Below, in pieces: positions 18,244 to 27,329 of a DNA stretch of 64,000 nt (its first letter is position 1; every line of letters begins with the position of its first letter). Origin of the DNA: a virus. The stretch lies in IMG/VR virus record IMGVR_UViG_3300023502_000002; one strand, written 5' to 3'. The notes below the pieces were generated by a model. The model did not search any database and had not been told where the DNA came from. It saw nothing but the letters and a program-made list of their open reading frames with translations. The translations under genes were made by a program, and so were the position numbers.

Positions 18244-18543
18244 ATGATACAATTTACTATTAACAGTTTCAGCCATGGCCTAACAGGCCGCCCGTACAAT
18301 TCAATTAAAGACGCTATACAAGACGGTGGTAGTTACTCCGTTTGGTGTAACGAAAAGATTAAACTAGCGTTTAGTTTTGGGAACGGCACGGAAAAAGATT
18401 TTAAAAGATATTGCAAAGACAATAAGTGTAAAATTGTGAGTGAAAGCGAATTTTACAAAGAATTATATTCTTTGCCGTTGAATGAGCAAGAAACACATAT
18501 CCAATTTATTCGAGAACAATTAAACCGTTACAATTATCTATAA
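18244..18543 (+). CDS. hypothetical protein (99 aa)
   Basis: ORF, ATG checked. Confidence 0.55.
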   Translation: MIQFTINSFSHGLTGRPYNSIKDAIQDGGSYSVWCNEKIKLAFSFGNGTEKDFKRYCKDNKCKIVSESEFYKELYSLPLNEQETHIQFIREQLNRYNYL

Positions 18544-18557
18544 AACATAATGCAGCA

Positions 18558-18986
18558 ATGAAAAAACAAAATTTAGAAAAAGAATTGTCTCCTATTTTTG
18601 ACAATGAAAGTATTAAGATAGGAACGTTTAAAGCTAACAGAAGTATTGATACATTGGATCTTATCAAGGAAAATATCAAGTTTTGGAAAAGCTATGACGG
18701 GCACAAACTACCCGATAAACAGGTTAAACGAGCGTATTATAACGGCACTAAGACACAAAAAATAATCAAAATGTACAGAGATACGCCCGAATTGATTAAG
18801 TTTGTAAGAGAGCACGCAAACGACTACGATACGTTAAATCGAAAGGACGTACCTAGATGCATAAATATTGTTCGTAGGCGGAGTGAACGTTATTTTTCCG
18901 TATATATCAAAAAGTTTGGGAACGTGCGTTTTGATGAAGTGTTAAGAGTTTTCCCTTTGCTTCCCAAGTCATATTTGAACGAGTAA
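18558..18986 (+). CDS. hypothetical protein (142 aa)
   Basis: ORF, ATG checked. Confidence 0.6.
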   Translation: MKKQNLEKELSPIFDNESIKIGTFKANRSIDTLDLIKENIKFWKSYDGHKLPDKQVKRAYYNGTKTQKIIKMYRDTPELIKFVREHANDYDTLNRKDVPRCINIVRRRSERYFSVYIKKFGNVRFDEVLRVFPLLPKSYLNE

Positions 18987-19091
18987 TGAGAGTAATTAGA
19001 GTAATAAGAGTTTTAAGGAGAATACTAACTGATTCAGATATAATAGATCTGTACGGTCTGTATTGTGAGTTTTACAAAAATATACAATAAT

Positions 19092-19271
19092 ATGAAACGC
19101 AAAGAATTAGACAACATTTTGCGCAACTTGTTAGTTGCCGGGAACATTGTAACCGTACCGTTTGAACAAATGAGAGAGATACGCAAGGAATTAGACCGAT
19201 TTGTTAAGCCTATACAGATAGAGGTCATTAAGAGTGATTTTGAAACTGTTTCATTCAGAGAGTTAAGATAA
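19092..19271 (+). CDS. hypothetical protein (59 aa from ATG)
   Basis: Track start 19065 is GTG; first ATG is at 19092. Confidence 0.45.
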   Translation: MKRKELDNILRNLLVAGNIVTVPFEQMREIRKELDRFVKPIQIEVIKSDFETVSFRELR

Positions 19272-19295
19272 AGCGGAAATAATGTGAAATATTTT

Positions 19296-19337
19296 CCCGG
19301 TATGGAGAACAACAAACAGAGCGACACTGTTACCGGG
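19296..19337 (+). promoter_or_regulatory. intercistronic structured element, copy 1 (7-bp + 4-bp stems, 13-nt bulge TGGAGAACAACAA)
   Basis: cccggta-tggagaacaacaa-acag-agcgaca-ctgt-taccggg. Confidence 0.6.
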
Positions 19338-19376
19338 AGCAATTTTTGACTTAAAAACGAAAATAAACGAAAAAAT

Positions 19377-19598
19377 ATGAATATTATTACAGACAAAACA
19401 AAAGCCCCTGCAAAGCTACGTTACAGGGTGAGCAATAACAGCGGAACAATAAATAAGGAGTTCGGCAAAAATCAACAAGCGGCCTATGACTTTGCAAACG
19501 AGATGAAAGAAACGGCAACCATACGCGGATATTTTGTTTTTAAACATAGAGGGCAATGGCAAACGAATACGGTATTCATTGATCATGTATTTAAATAA
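19377..19598 (+). CDS. hypothetical protein (73 aa)
   Basis: ORF, ATG checked. Confidence 0.55.
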   Translation: MNIITDKTKAPAKLRYRVSNNSGTINKEFGKNQQAAYDFANEMKETATIRGYFVFKHRGQWQTNTVFIDHVFK

Positions 19599-19606
19599 CC
19601 AACTAT

Positions 19607-19648
19607 CCCGGCGTGGAGAACAACAAGCGGATCGCCACCGCCGCCGGG
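19607..19648 (+). promoter_or_regulatory. intercistronic structured element, copy 2 (same architecture with compensatory changes)
   Basis: cccggcg-tggagaacaacaa-gcgg-atcgcca-ccgc-cgccggg. Confidence 0.6.
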
Positions 19649-19676
19649 AACTATTAATAACTTAAAACGAAACAAT

Positions 19677-19946
19677 ATGGGAACGAACAAACAACTAAGT
19701 ATTAAGCAAATTATTTGCTTTAACATTATAGCAGCCGAAAAAGTTGTCGGGGATGTGTGTCAAGGTCTTGCCGTCAAGTTGGCGAAAGAATTTATATATC
19801 ATAACCGTGATATGGATGCAAACGAGATCTCGTACATTAGCCGACAATGCGAAATTGCGCTTCAAAATATATTCGAATTAGGTCTTACGGAAGCAAAGAA
19901 CAATGAAATGAATAATATAATAGCTAAATATAATGGGAACGAATAA
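19677..19946 (+). CDS. hypothetical protein (89 aa)
   Basis: ORF, ATG checked. Confidence 0.55.
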   Translation: MGTNKQLSIKQIICFNIIAAEKVVGDVCQGLAVKLAKEFIYHNRDMDANEISYISRQCEIALQNIFELGLTEAKNNEMNNIIAKYNGNE

Positions 19947-20181
19947 TAAACAATACATCCTGGAAGGACGGAAATGGGATGTGATAGAGAGTGTTGACGG
20001 ATATTTTTCCGGGGAAAAGAACGGAGTTATCATACAAGGAACGACAATGAGTGATCTGTATGAAAAATGTAAATCTTTTGATATAGCTTCGGTTATGGAG
20101 AAGATTAAGACGGGTGATAATCTGAACGACTGGGAAAAACGATTAATAAAAGTTAATAAAAAGTTGTTGGTAAACCAATAA
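19933..20181 (+). CDS. hypothetical protein (82 aa)
   Basis: ORF, ATG checked. Confidence 0.55.
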   Translation: MGTNNKQYILEGRKWDVIESVDGYFSGEKNGVIIQGTTMSDLYEKCKSFDIASVMEKIKTGDNLNDWEKRLIKVNKKLLVNQ

Positions 20182-20198
20182 ACTATATCTCATGCCGT

Positions 20199-20384
20199 AT
20201 GAGAAAGAAGTACGTGGCATATTATAAGAAATGTACAATAGAGGTCACAGGAGAAAAAGACTTCATGTACCGAATAATAAAAGGTGAACGGATGGTTCTC
20301 TTTGTAGATATGTTTTACAGGTCTACAACTGATGCGTTAAAGGGAGCAATGAGGTGGGTGGACAATAATATTAGAAAGGAGTGA
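20199..20384 (+). CDS. hypothetical protein (61 aa)
   Basis: ORF, ATG checked. Confidence 0.45.
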   Translation: MRKKYVAYYKKCTIEVTGEKDFMYRIIKGERMVLFVDMFYRSTTDALKGAMRWVDNNIRKE

Positions 20385-20742
20385 TTTTATGCTTTTTGGA
20401 ATTGTTTTTGCTATGATAATGAAAGCTATATGTGGAAATATGTTGGACGATTGATGATTGTCATTGTATGGCTTATTGTGTTACAGGTCTTGTCTGAATG
20501 TTAATTATGAAATATTTAAGAATACATTTGATTGTATGGTGTTTGCCTTGTATAATATATGGTATTAATGAACAAATGAAAACCATTGTAAAAATTTAAC
20601 ACATAATGTTTTCTAATATCGTTATATAGTATCACATTTGCACCATACAGGGATAGGAACGGAGTGGCTACCTTCCGACAAGCCGAAGTCAGTACGGCTT
20701 CCCTGTTCTCCTTTTTACTGGCGAAACATAATACTGGCTAAT

Positions 20743-21957
20743 ATGCAATTAGTTTATAAATTTGAGATCAACCATTCCGACAGGCTTTGCGCTATCTGCC
20801 GTGTTACGAATAACCTGTACAACCAGGCGTTGTATATTGTCCGTAACGAGTTGAAGGATAACGACAGGTGGCTGTTCTATCCCGACTTGGACAGGATAAT
20901 GAAGAACGTCACCAACCTTGAAGGTACGGTGAATTACAGACTTGTGAAATCACACGTAGCACAACAGACATTGCGCGTGCTTGACAAGGCAATGAAGGGA
21001 TATGTCAAGGCTGTAAAGGATTGGTCTAAGAATCCGGGGAAGTATAACGGTAAGCCCGAACTGCCATGCTATCACAAACGTGGTGGGATGAGCAATGCGA
21101 TATATACCAACCAGTCGTGCAAGATACATGACGGGTATATAATCCTTGACCGTGACTTGAAAATACCCGTTCCTCAATGGGAAAAGTACAAGGACAGAAT
21201 CGAACGGTTCAAACAGGTTAGGATAATCCCAAAACGTACATACATGACCGTAGAGGTTGTATATGATTGTGGCTGTTCGGATAATGTCGGTACGGGTATG
21301 GCTTCAATAGACTTGGGTGTGAACAACCTTGCCACGCTGGTTTGCGGATGCAATGCGCTGCTGTTTTCCGGCAAGGTTGTCAAGTCATACAACAGATGGT
21401 TTAACAAAACATTATCCATGCTGCAATCCATAAAGGACAGGCATGGGATAGACAAACTGACAAACAGGATGAGAAAGATGTATGATAAACGTGAACGGTT
21501 TATGAATGATGCGATGCACAAGACAAGCAGGCGTATCGTTGATTATCTTGTATCACACCATATAGGCACTCTTGCTGTAGGCTACAACAAAGGATGGAAG
21601 CAATCCGTCAATATGGGCGGAGTAACCAATCAGAAGTTTACATTCATCCCTTTTGCGAGGTTGAGAAGCTGCCTTAGATACAAGTGTGAACTTGCAGGTA
21701 TCAACTATATCGAACATGAGGAAAGTTACACTAGCAAATGTGATGCTCTGTCTATGGAGGATATATGCAAGCATGATAGTTATCTCGGTAAGCGCATCAA
21801 GCGAGGGCTGTTCAAGTCGGCAATTGGAAAGGTTATCAATGCTGATGTCAACGGTGCGCTTAATATCGGTAGAAAAGTATTCGGTGATTCATTTATGATA
21901 ACTGATAGCGGGCGTTGGTATCGCCCCGAACGGATTAACGTTCTAAAATGTGTATAA
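20743..21957 (+). CDS. tnpB: TnpB (OrfB) RNA-guided RuvC-like nuclease
   Basis: N-terminus MQLVYKFEI... with NLYNQALY. RuvC motifs: SIDLGVNNLAT, IEHEESYTSKCD and NADVNGALNIGRK. Track start 20638 is TTG; ATG is at 20743. Confidence 0.8.
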   Translation: MQLVYKFEINHSDRLCAICRVTNNLYNQALYIVRNELKDNDRWLFYPDLDRIMKNVTNLEGTVNYRLVKSHVAQQTLRVLDKAMKGYVKAVKDWSKNPGKYNGKPELPCYHKRGGMSNAIYTNQSCKIHDGYIILDRDLKIPVPQWEKYKDRIERFKQVRIIPKRTYMTVEVVYDCGCSDNVGTGMASIDLGVNNLATLVCGCNALLFSGKVVKSYNRWFNKTLSMLQSIKDRHGIDKLTNRMRKMYDKRERFMNDAMHKTSRRIVDYLVSHHIGTLAVGYNKGWKQSVNMGGVTNQKFTFIPFARLRSCLRYKCELAGINYIEHEESYTSKCDALSMEDICKHDSYLGKRIKRGLFKSAIGKVINADVNGALNIGRKVFGDSFMITDSGRWYRPERINVLKCV

Positions 21958-22125
21958 AAATGCATATTAATACCTACACTATTCGAGATTGCAGTATTTT
22001 TGGCGTTCAATATCATCTCGTTTATATGGGATTTTAAGTTTATTAAATGGAGTTCCATGTTTTATGCCAAATATACATGGAACGGTACTCCTTATGTAGA
22101 CCGAACCCCTTGGGATACCTTTAAA
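21850..22125 (+). ncRNA. candidate omega-RNA (reRNA) region of the tnpB element
   Basis: Position only (3' end of tnpB plus right end), with hairpin gttccatg(22052-22059)/catggaac(22076-22083) extended by gga/tcc. Boundaries not determined. Confidence 0.3.
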
Positions 22126-22204
22126 AGGCATTATTCAGTTATATTATAATTTAAATAAAAAATGATAATAGGGATGTTTCATTCATAAAAACAATATAAA
22201 AGCT

Positions 22205-22555
22205 ATGAACAAAGAAGAATTTCAGACAAAGAAAAATGATATCAATTCAAAAATAAGGGAATTGAAAAGTCAGAAAATTAAGTTGGAAAAGGAGTACATT
22301 AAATCCAATGCGAAGTATCCTATCGGAAGCAAGGTATGTATTACTACTCCTGCATCCACATATATAAGATTAGATAACCATGAAAGTGTTGTTATTCCTG
22401 AAAAAAAACAATACGCCTATATTAAGGGTTATAATATTGGTTTTTATGATACCATTGACCCATTGTTTAGCAAGGTCAAGAGAGATGGTACCATGTCGGA
22501 TGTGAACTTGTATGTTAATCTTACGAATACTACGATAGAACTGGTAAAGGAGTAA
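22205..22555 (+). CDS. hypothetical protein (116 aa), paralog of 44627-44947
   Basis: MNKEEF...LEKEYI.SN...PIGSKVCIT shared by the two ORFs. Confidence 0.6.
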   Translation: MNKEEFQTKKNDINSKIRELKSQKIKLEKEYIKSNAKYPIGSKVCITTPASTYIRLDNHESVVIPEKKQYAYIKGYNIGFYDTIDPLFSKVKRDGTMSDVNLYVNLTNTTIELVKE

Positions 22556-22659
22556 TTATTATGGCAAAGGTAATGAATTTAGGATCGCATGGCTTTACAG
22601 AAGAGAATAACGGCTAGGAAAACTCCTAAGTATTGTAAACATTACAAAAAGAATAAAAT

Positions 22660-23001
22660 ATGACTAAGAAGATTGCTGTTGTAGGTTCAATGATAAATTC
22701 ATCCGAATACCTTCTATTTAAAAATTTGGAAACAGGATATTCCCTTGAACGTTATGATTCTGTTGAGGGAGCTAGAAACAGTGATTGTGATGCTGTTATA
22801 GTAACGGATAAGGATAGTATTGGTTATGGTGATAAAACGCATATTTTGATGAATTTCGATAAGCCTATTATCGGAAGTAACTGCCTTTATATTCATGAAC
22901 CAAGAACAAAATGCCGCGTCAAGGACGATAGGTGTGTCGGAAAGCAGATTGCGAAACGTAGAAAAAGAAACAAGAATCCTAAAACACATAGGAAAAGATG
23001 A
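22660..23001 (+). CDS. hypothetical protein (113 aa), basic C-terminal tail
   Basis: ORF, ATG checked. Confidence 0.55.
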   Translation: MTKKIAVVGSMINSSEYLLFKNLETGYSLERYDSVEGARNSDCDAVIVTDKDSIGYGDKTHILMNFDKPIIGSNCLYIHEPRTKCRVKDDRCVGKQIAKRRKRNKNPKTHRKR

Positions 23002-23174
23002 ACACATTTTACGGAATCAGCTTTGCAATATACTTTATACTTATTACCCTTGTATTGACCACATTCATATATGGTTTGAAAAGGGATGAATATAATTTTT
23101 GGAAGTGGGTGATTATAACATTATCTTACTTCATATTTGTTATTATTTACACAATTTTTTGTTTACGGTCATGA
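22998..23174 (+). CDS. small membrane protein (58 aa, below track cutoff)
   Basis: ATGA overlaps at both ends; two hydrophobic segments. Confidence 0.4.
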   Translation: MNTFYGISFAIYFILITLVLTTFIYGLKRDEYNFWKWVIITLSYFIFVIIYTIFCLRS

Positions 23175-23362
23175 ATAAGGTAGAAGTAGGAACTCTTGAC
23201 GAGAACGAACTGTTTGAACACAGGGGAGTAATCTATGAGGTTTTATATAAGACGGATTATTGTGTCCGTTGCCAATACCCGAATGACAAATACCGTTACA
23301 GGGATAAATGGAAATATCTCTATACCGAGTTTAGTTTATGGACAAAAGTGAACAAGATATGA
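23171..23362 (+). CDS. hypothetical protein (63 aa from ATG 23171)
   Basis: The upstream part of track ORF 23099 overlaps the membrane ORF. Confidence 0.45.
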   Translation: MNKVEVGTLDENELFEHRGVIYEVLYKTDYCVRCQYPNDKYRYRDKWKYLYTEFSLWTKVNKI

Positions 23363-23550
23363 AAACACTGGTTTTTGATGTAATGCTTGACGGGCGGTTT
23401 ATACATACGTTCAGATACCAATACTGCCCGTTGTTCCCGATAGACGAAGAGGAACTAGAGAAGTTTGTCACTGACAGGCCTATTATCCGTTATAATACCT
23501 ACGAGGAAGCACTTGAAGCAGGATTACAGGAGGCATTAAAATTGATATAA
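23338..23550 (+). CDS. hypothetical protein (70 aa); C-terminus shared with 43515-43886
   Basis: ..YEEALEAGLQEALKLI versus ..YEETLEAGLQETLKLI. Confidence 0.55.
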   Translation: MDKSEQDMKTLVFDVMLDGRFIHTFRYQYCPLFPIDEEELEKFVTDRPIIRYNTYEEALEAGLQEALKLI

Positions 23551-23552
23551 AA

Positions 23553-24086
23553 ATGAAAAAGATATATTTCAATGATAAATTTGGATCAACACGAGCGGTG
23601 TTGGACGGTCGTAAGACAATAACTAGACGAATTGTTCCATTTACATATTGTAAAGATAAAATTCATTTGTCTAGATATAAGGTTGGTGAAGTTGTTGCCA
23701 TTGCGCAAAGCTATGAAACCGTTTACCATGAACAAGGATTGGAAACACTTGATATGTTAGTTAGTGGTTGGAAGTATAGCAAAGGTTGGCGTAATAAACT
23801 CTTTGTATGCGCTGACTTCATGTCCCATCATATCCGAATTACCGATATTAAGGTTGAACGTTTACAGGACATTTCCGATGAAGATTGCTTGAAAGAAGGG
23901 ATATATGAAGATTCGGGTGATGATAAATATCCACCATCTATATTTTATGAATTTGAGGGAAACGAAGACGATGGATTTGATACACCCCGTGAAGCCTTTG
24001 CAGCCCTCATAGATAAAGTATCAGGCAAGGGAACATGGGAATCCAATCCTTATGTTTTCGTTTATGAATTTAAACTGATTGATTAA
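23553..24086 (+). CDS. ASCH-like domain protein
   Basis: N-terminal ..AVLDGRKTITRRI.. and ..YKVGEVVAI.. resemble the ASCH beta-barrel signature. Confidence 0.4.
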   Translation: MKKIYFNDKFGSTRAVLDGRKTITRRIVPFTYCKDKIHLSRYKVGEVVAIAQSYETVYHEQGLETLDMLVSGWKYSKGWRNKLFVCADFMSHHIRITDIKVERLQDISDEDCLKEGIYEDSGDDKYPPSIFYEFEGNEDDGFDTPREAFAALIDKVSGKGTWESNPYVFVYEFKLID

Positions 24087-24104
24087 CATATAGAGAGTAA
24101 ATTT

Positions 24105-24686
24105 ATGAATAATATTAATTTGAACGAACTACGGGATATAGCTTATAAGACAGCTTGTGAGCATGGTTTCCACGATAAAGAATTGAGTGATGAACACTTC
24201 CTTTGTCTTATCGTTGGAGAGCTTATGGAAGCTGTGGAAGCGGATAGGAAAGGGAAATGTGCCGACAGGGAATCTTTTAAATCTTCTTATGAGAATGAAG
24301 AACCGCACGATGATGCTAATTTCAAATGTTGTTTTGAAAAATATATCAAAGATACACTTCCAGACGAACTAAGCGAAGCAGTTATACGCCTGCTTGATCT
24401 TGCAGGACTTCGGGGAATAAGCCTTGAATCTGCTAGTAATGATATTAACTCCGAATATATGGATGATATTGCCTGCATGTACAGCCAATTGAGTTTCGCG
24501 GAAGCGATATATTCCATATTTATCAAACCAATTGTAGATTACAAGTGTCTTTCTACGATTGTAAATGAGATGATATTTTTAATCTTTGCACTAGCCAAAC
24601 ATCTTGACATAGACCTTATATGGCATGTGGAGCAGAAGATGAGATACAATGAATTAAGACCTAAGTTGAACGAAAAAAAATATTGA
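24105..24686 (+). CDS. MazG-like nucleotide pyrophosphohydrolase
   Basis: ..LIVGELMEAVEADRKG.. and ..ELSEAVIRLLDLAG.. all-alpha NTP-PPase pattern. Confidence 0.5.
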   Translation: MNNINLNELRDIAYKTACEHGFHDKELSDEHFLCLIVGELMEAVEADRKGKCADRESFKSSYENEEPHDDANFKCCFEKYIKDTLPDELSEAVIRLLDLAGLRGISLESASNDINSEYMDDIACMYSQLSFAEAIYSIFIKPIVDYKCLSTIVNEMIFLIFALAKHLDIDLIWHVEQKMRYNELRPKLNEKKY

Positions 24687-24688
24687 TT

Positions 24689-24949
24689 ATGAAAACAATT
24701 ATATTTACAATAATATGTATTATCGCCCTATTATGGGTTGGAGATCTAACAATTACATTCAAACCGTTTTCCATATCGCTGCCCGGTTGGCATAAGGCTT
24801 TAGGTATCATCCTGTTTGTATTTGCAATGGCGGTGTATAACATTGGAGAATACGCTAAGGGGTACAAGCATGGTTTTGATGATGGGGCAAAGGAATGTAT
24901 TGAAGCGATTAAGGGAAATGGAAAGAATAGAGCAGATAGCAACAATTGA
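24689..24949 (+). CDS. small membrane protein
   Basis: Track start 24683 is TTG, ATG is at 24689; two hydrophobic helices. Confidence 0.5.
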   Translation: MKTIIFTIICIIALLWVGDLTITFKPFSISLPGWHKALGIILFVFAMAVYNIGEYAKGYKHGFDDGAKECIEAIKGNGKNRADSNN

Positions 24950-25172
24950 TTTTTGTTATTTCCGATTAAAAATTCTCTGCAAACAGCTTTCTAATACCAA
25001 GTCAAACATCGAAAGACTAGTCGATAAGGCTTGCGGTTATAATGAAACCGAAGAGATAAGAAAGGAGTGTATAATGCTTGTAGAGCAGATCATTGAAAGC
25101 AAGAAGCAAATCGGAGAAGATTTCACAAGAGATGAACGTGTTTTGAATAAATTGAAAAGAAATGAACAGTAG
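24918..25172 (+). CDS. hypothetical protein (84 aa, start uncertain)
   Basis: The ATG at 24918 minimises overlap with the upstream gene. Confidence 0.4.
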   Translation: MERIEQIATIDFCYFRLKILCKQLSNTKSNIERLVDKACGYNETEEIRKECIMLVEQIIESKKQIGEDFTRDERVLNKLKRNEQ

Positions 25173-25611
25173 CGACATTGATTTCCCGTTACTCCGTATA
25201 TTTAATGGAGTAACGGGGCGATATGAACTTCTTATTGACGATGTATCCATAGATGCTTATGGACGTGTAAGAGATAGCAGTGGTTGTGTTGTAGAATGGT
25301 TTACAGGCGTGTTTGACATGAACGGAATACCATTGTTTGAAAACGACATAATCATGCCTGTAAAGGACGGAATAAGCCAATACAGGCGTATCTGGAGAAC
25401 GGTAGGTGGATTTGTACTAAGCAGGAGCAATGATGTAAAAGGACTGTCCAAATTGGATATGCTTGGTGCTGACTATCTTGTGAACGAACGTGTGCAGCAA
25501 TACATATCTGATGGGTGCGTAAAGGTAGGGTCTGCAACAATTGATCTTAACCTGTTAAAAGGAAGAACGAAAGAAGATATTATTAGAAATTTAGCTAGAA
25601 TGGTCAGATGA
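25162..25611 (+). CDS. YopX-like protein
   Basis: ..WFTGVFDMNGIPLFENDII.. resembles the YopX core. Confidence 0.4.
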   Translation: MNSSDIDFPLLRIFNGVTGRYELLIDDVSIDAYGRVRDSSGCVVEWFTGVFDMNGIPLFENDIIMPVKDGISQYRRIWRTVGGFVLSRSNDVKGLSKLDMLGADYLVNERVQQYISDGCVKVGSATIDLNLLKGRTKEDIIRNLARMVR

Positions 25612-26126
25612 AAGATAAAATGATAGAGGAAAGTTTGAACAATTTCTACAGGACGTTTCTTATTTGGGTGATAAGATGTTATCCTATATTGTTCTGTCTT
25701 GCAATACTTGTCCGTCAGTGTGAGGTTATACACTCTGTTGGCACAGGGGATATTATTGAGTATTATGATGGTGACACGTTGGAGTATGTTCAGTATGCCA
25801 CTCCGTTTTCGGATAAGTATCTTACTGTATTCTTTAACGCCAAACTGTTTAATGCAATATTGTTCTATGTGTTGTCAAAGGTGTTTTTATTTTGTATATA
25901 CCATAGAGTATTTGTCATTGAGATGTTGATATATGCAATACTGGATATTGTATTTAATAATGTGGTGTTTGAGGATGCGCATTTGGTTAATGCAATATAC
26001 TATACATCCATTGGTTTTGTTACTGTTGGATTCTTTATTGCATTATACTTACATCAAAGGTATGGAGATAGGAAAGTGCACACACATCAAACCATTAGTG
26101 ATGGATATAGGTGCTGTAATAAGTAA
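25608..26126 (+). CDS. multi-pass membrane protein (172 aa)
   Basis: Several long hydrophobic segments. Confidence 0.55.
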   Translation: MKDKMIEESLNNFYRTFLIWVIRCYPILFCLAILVRQCEVIHSVGTGDIIEYYDGDTLEYVQYATPFSDKYLTVFFNAKLFNAILFYVLSKVFLFCIYHRVFVIEMLIYAILDIVFNNVVFEDAHLVNAIYYTSIGFVTVGFFIALYLHQRYGDRKVHTHQTISDGYRCCNK

Positions 26127-26301
26127 TCTATTTTTTACCCATAGCTTGTGTTCCTCCCGTATTCTTCATGTTTATTTTGACCTTTATGGGAGATGCCTTT
26201 TTATTTGATGTTACTTTAGGTGATTTAACATTCACCCTAATCACTTTCTTTACCATATATTGCTTATTTTAATTGTTTAACAAAGTTAATTATTTTTATT
26301 T

Positions 26302-26961
26302 ATGCAACAAAACAATAGTACCGATAAAACAGCTTCGGCACACAAAACGGACGAAATAATGGTTTACGAACATCCTTTTTTTGGCAAAATTCGTGTGTTT
26401 GTTCGATATGGTAAAATTTGGTTCTGTGGATTAGACGCTGCATCTTCTTTACAGTATTCAAATCCATTAAAAGCTCTTTTAGAGCACTGTAAACCATCCT
26501 CCGTAATGATGCGTGAAGTAGGGGATGATATAATGGAGTTTATTAATGAAAGGAGTATGTATAGACTGATTTATAAAAGCCCTTTTCCTCCTATGGCTGA
26601 TGAATTTGAACGTTGGATATTTGATTATATTGTTCCATCAGTTACCAATACAGGAAGTTATTATGCACAGGTTAGATTACCAAACTTCAACAATCCTGCC
26701 GAATCTGCCAGGGCGTGGGCTGATGAGTACGAAAGGAATCAAGCGTTAAAGCCACAACCAAACGAATCCAATGAATGGTATAGTATCAAAAGATGGGCAA
26801 AGGAAAACGGTGTCAACTGGAAAAAGATTAGCCGGATGAAGATGAAAGTAATATCTTGCAAGCTAGGTTATGAGATAAAAAAGATTTTTGACGATAACCA
26901 TTGCCAGGTAAACACATACAATGTAAATGTATTTAAGGAATACTTTAATAAATGTGAATAA
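26302..26961 (+). CDS. Bro-N domain protein (antirepressor-like)
   Basis: FGKIRVF...WFCGLDAASSL.YSNP..AL..H.....INERSMYRLI.KS..P.A..FERWIFDYIVPSV. Confidence 0.6.
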   Translation: MQQNNSTDKTASAHKTDEIMVYEHPFFGKIRVFVRYGKIWFCGLDAASSLQYSNPLKALLEHCKPSSVMMREVGDDIMEFINERSMYRLIYKSPFPPMADEFERWIFDYIVPSVTNTGSYYAQVRLPNFNNPAESARAWADEYERNQALKPQPNESNEWYSIKRWAKENGVNWKKISRMKMKVISCKLGYEIKKIFDDNHCQVNTYNVNVFKEYFNKCE

Positions 26962-27006
26962 ATAATATATATTTTAAAACATTTGATAGTATGTCATTTT
27001 ATTGAC

Positions 27007-27014
27007 TATATTTG
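27007..27014 (+). promoter_or_regulatory. -7 box TAtaTTTG
   Basis: Exact motif 94 nt upstream of the ATG at 27108. Confidence 0.45.
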
Positions 27015-27060
27015 CATCATGTTTGAGTGTAGAAGCAAGCATATCTATAATGAAAGTTTA

Positions 27061-27084
27061 GGGGGAAAGCGTTCCCCCGATTTT
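27061..27084 (+). terminator. hairpin gggggaa-agcg-ttccccc followed by gaTTTT
   Basis: 7-bp stem and 4-nt loop read directly. It lies between the -7 box and the next gene. Confidence 0.45.
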
Positions 27085-27107
27085 AGTAACCATTAAGCGA
27101 TAAGATA

Positions 27108-27329
27108 ATGAAAAAGTTTTTAGAAATAATGATGATTGTATTCTGTCCTTATATTGTAATATACAGGCAGAAACGACAAGTCAGATTATTGAAAAGCGAT
27201 ATGAATTACGCTAGCAAACTTTGGAGTATTGAAAGAGATCCAAAAAACGTAGATTACGACTGGATTGTAAGAAACGCATTTCATGTCAAACCTATTTTTT
27301 CTTTATGTGCTGAAAACAAAAGATCATGA
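27108..27329 (+). CDS. hypothetical protein (73 aa)
   Basis: ORF, ATG checked. Confidence 0.5.
   Translation: MKKFLEIMMIVFCPYIVIYRQKRQVRLLKSDMNYASKLWSIERDPKNVDYDWIVRNAFHVKPIFSLCAENKRS

Larger units (their letters stand above)
20640..22125 (+). mobile_element. IS200/IS605-family (IS1341-like) element carrying tnpB only, no tnpA; ends approximate
   Basis: GC-richer block in AT-rich flanks. Folded subterminal region at 20648-20705 upstream of tnpB and a strong hairpin at 22049-22091 downstream. Confidence 0.55.
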
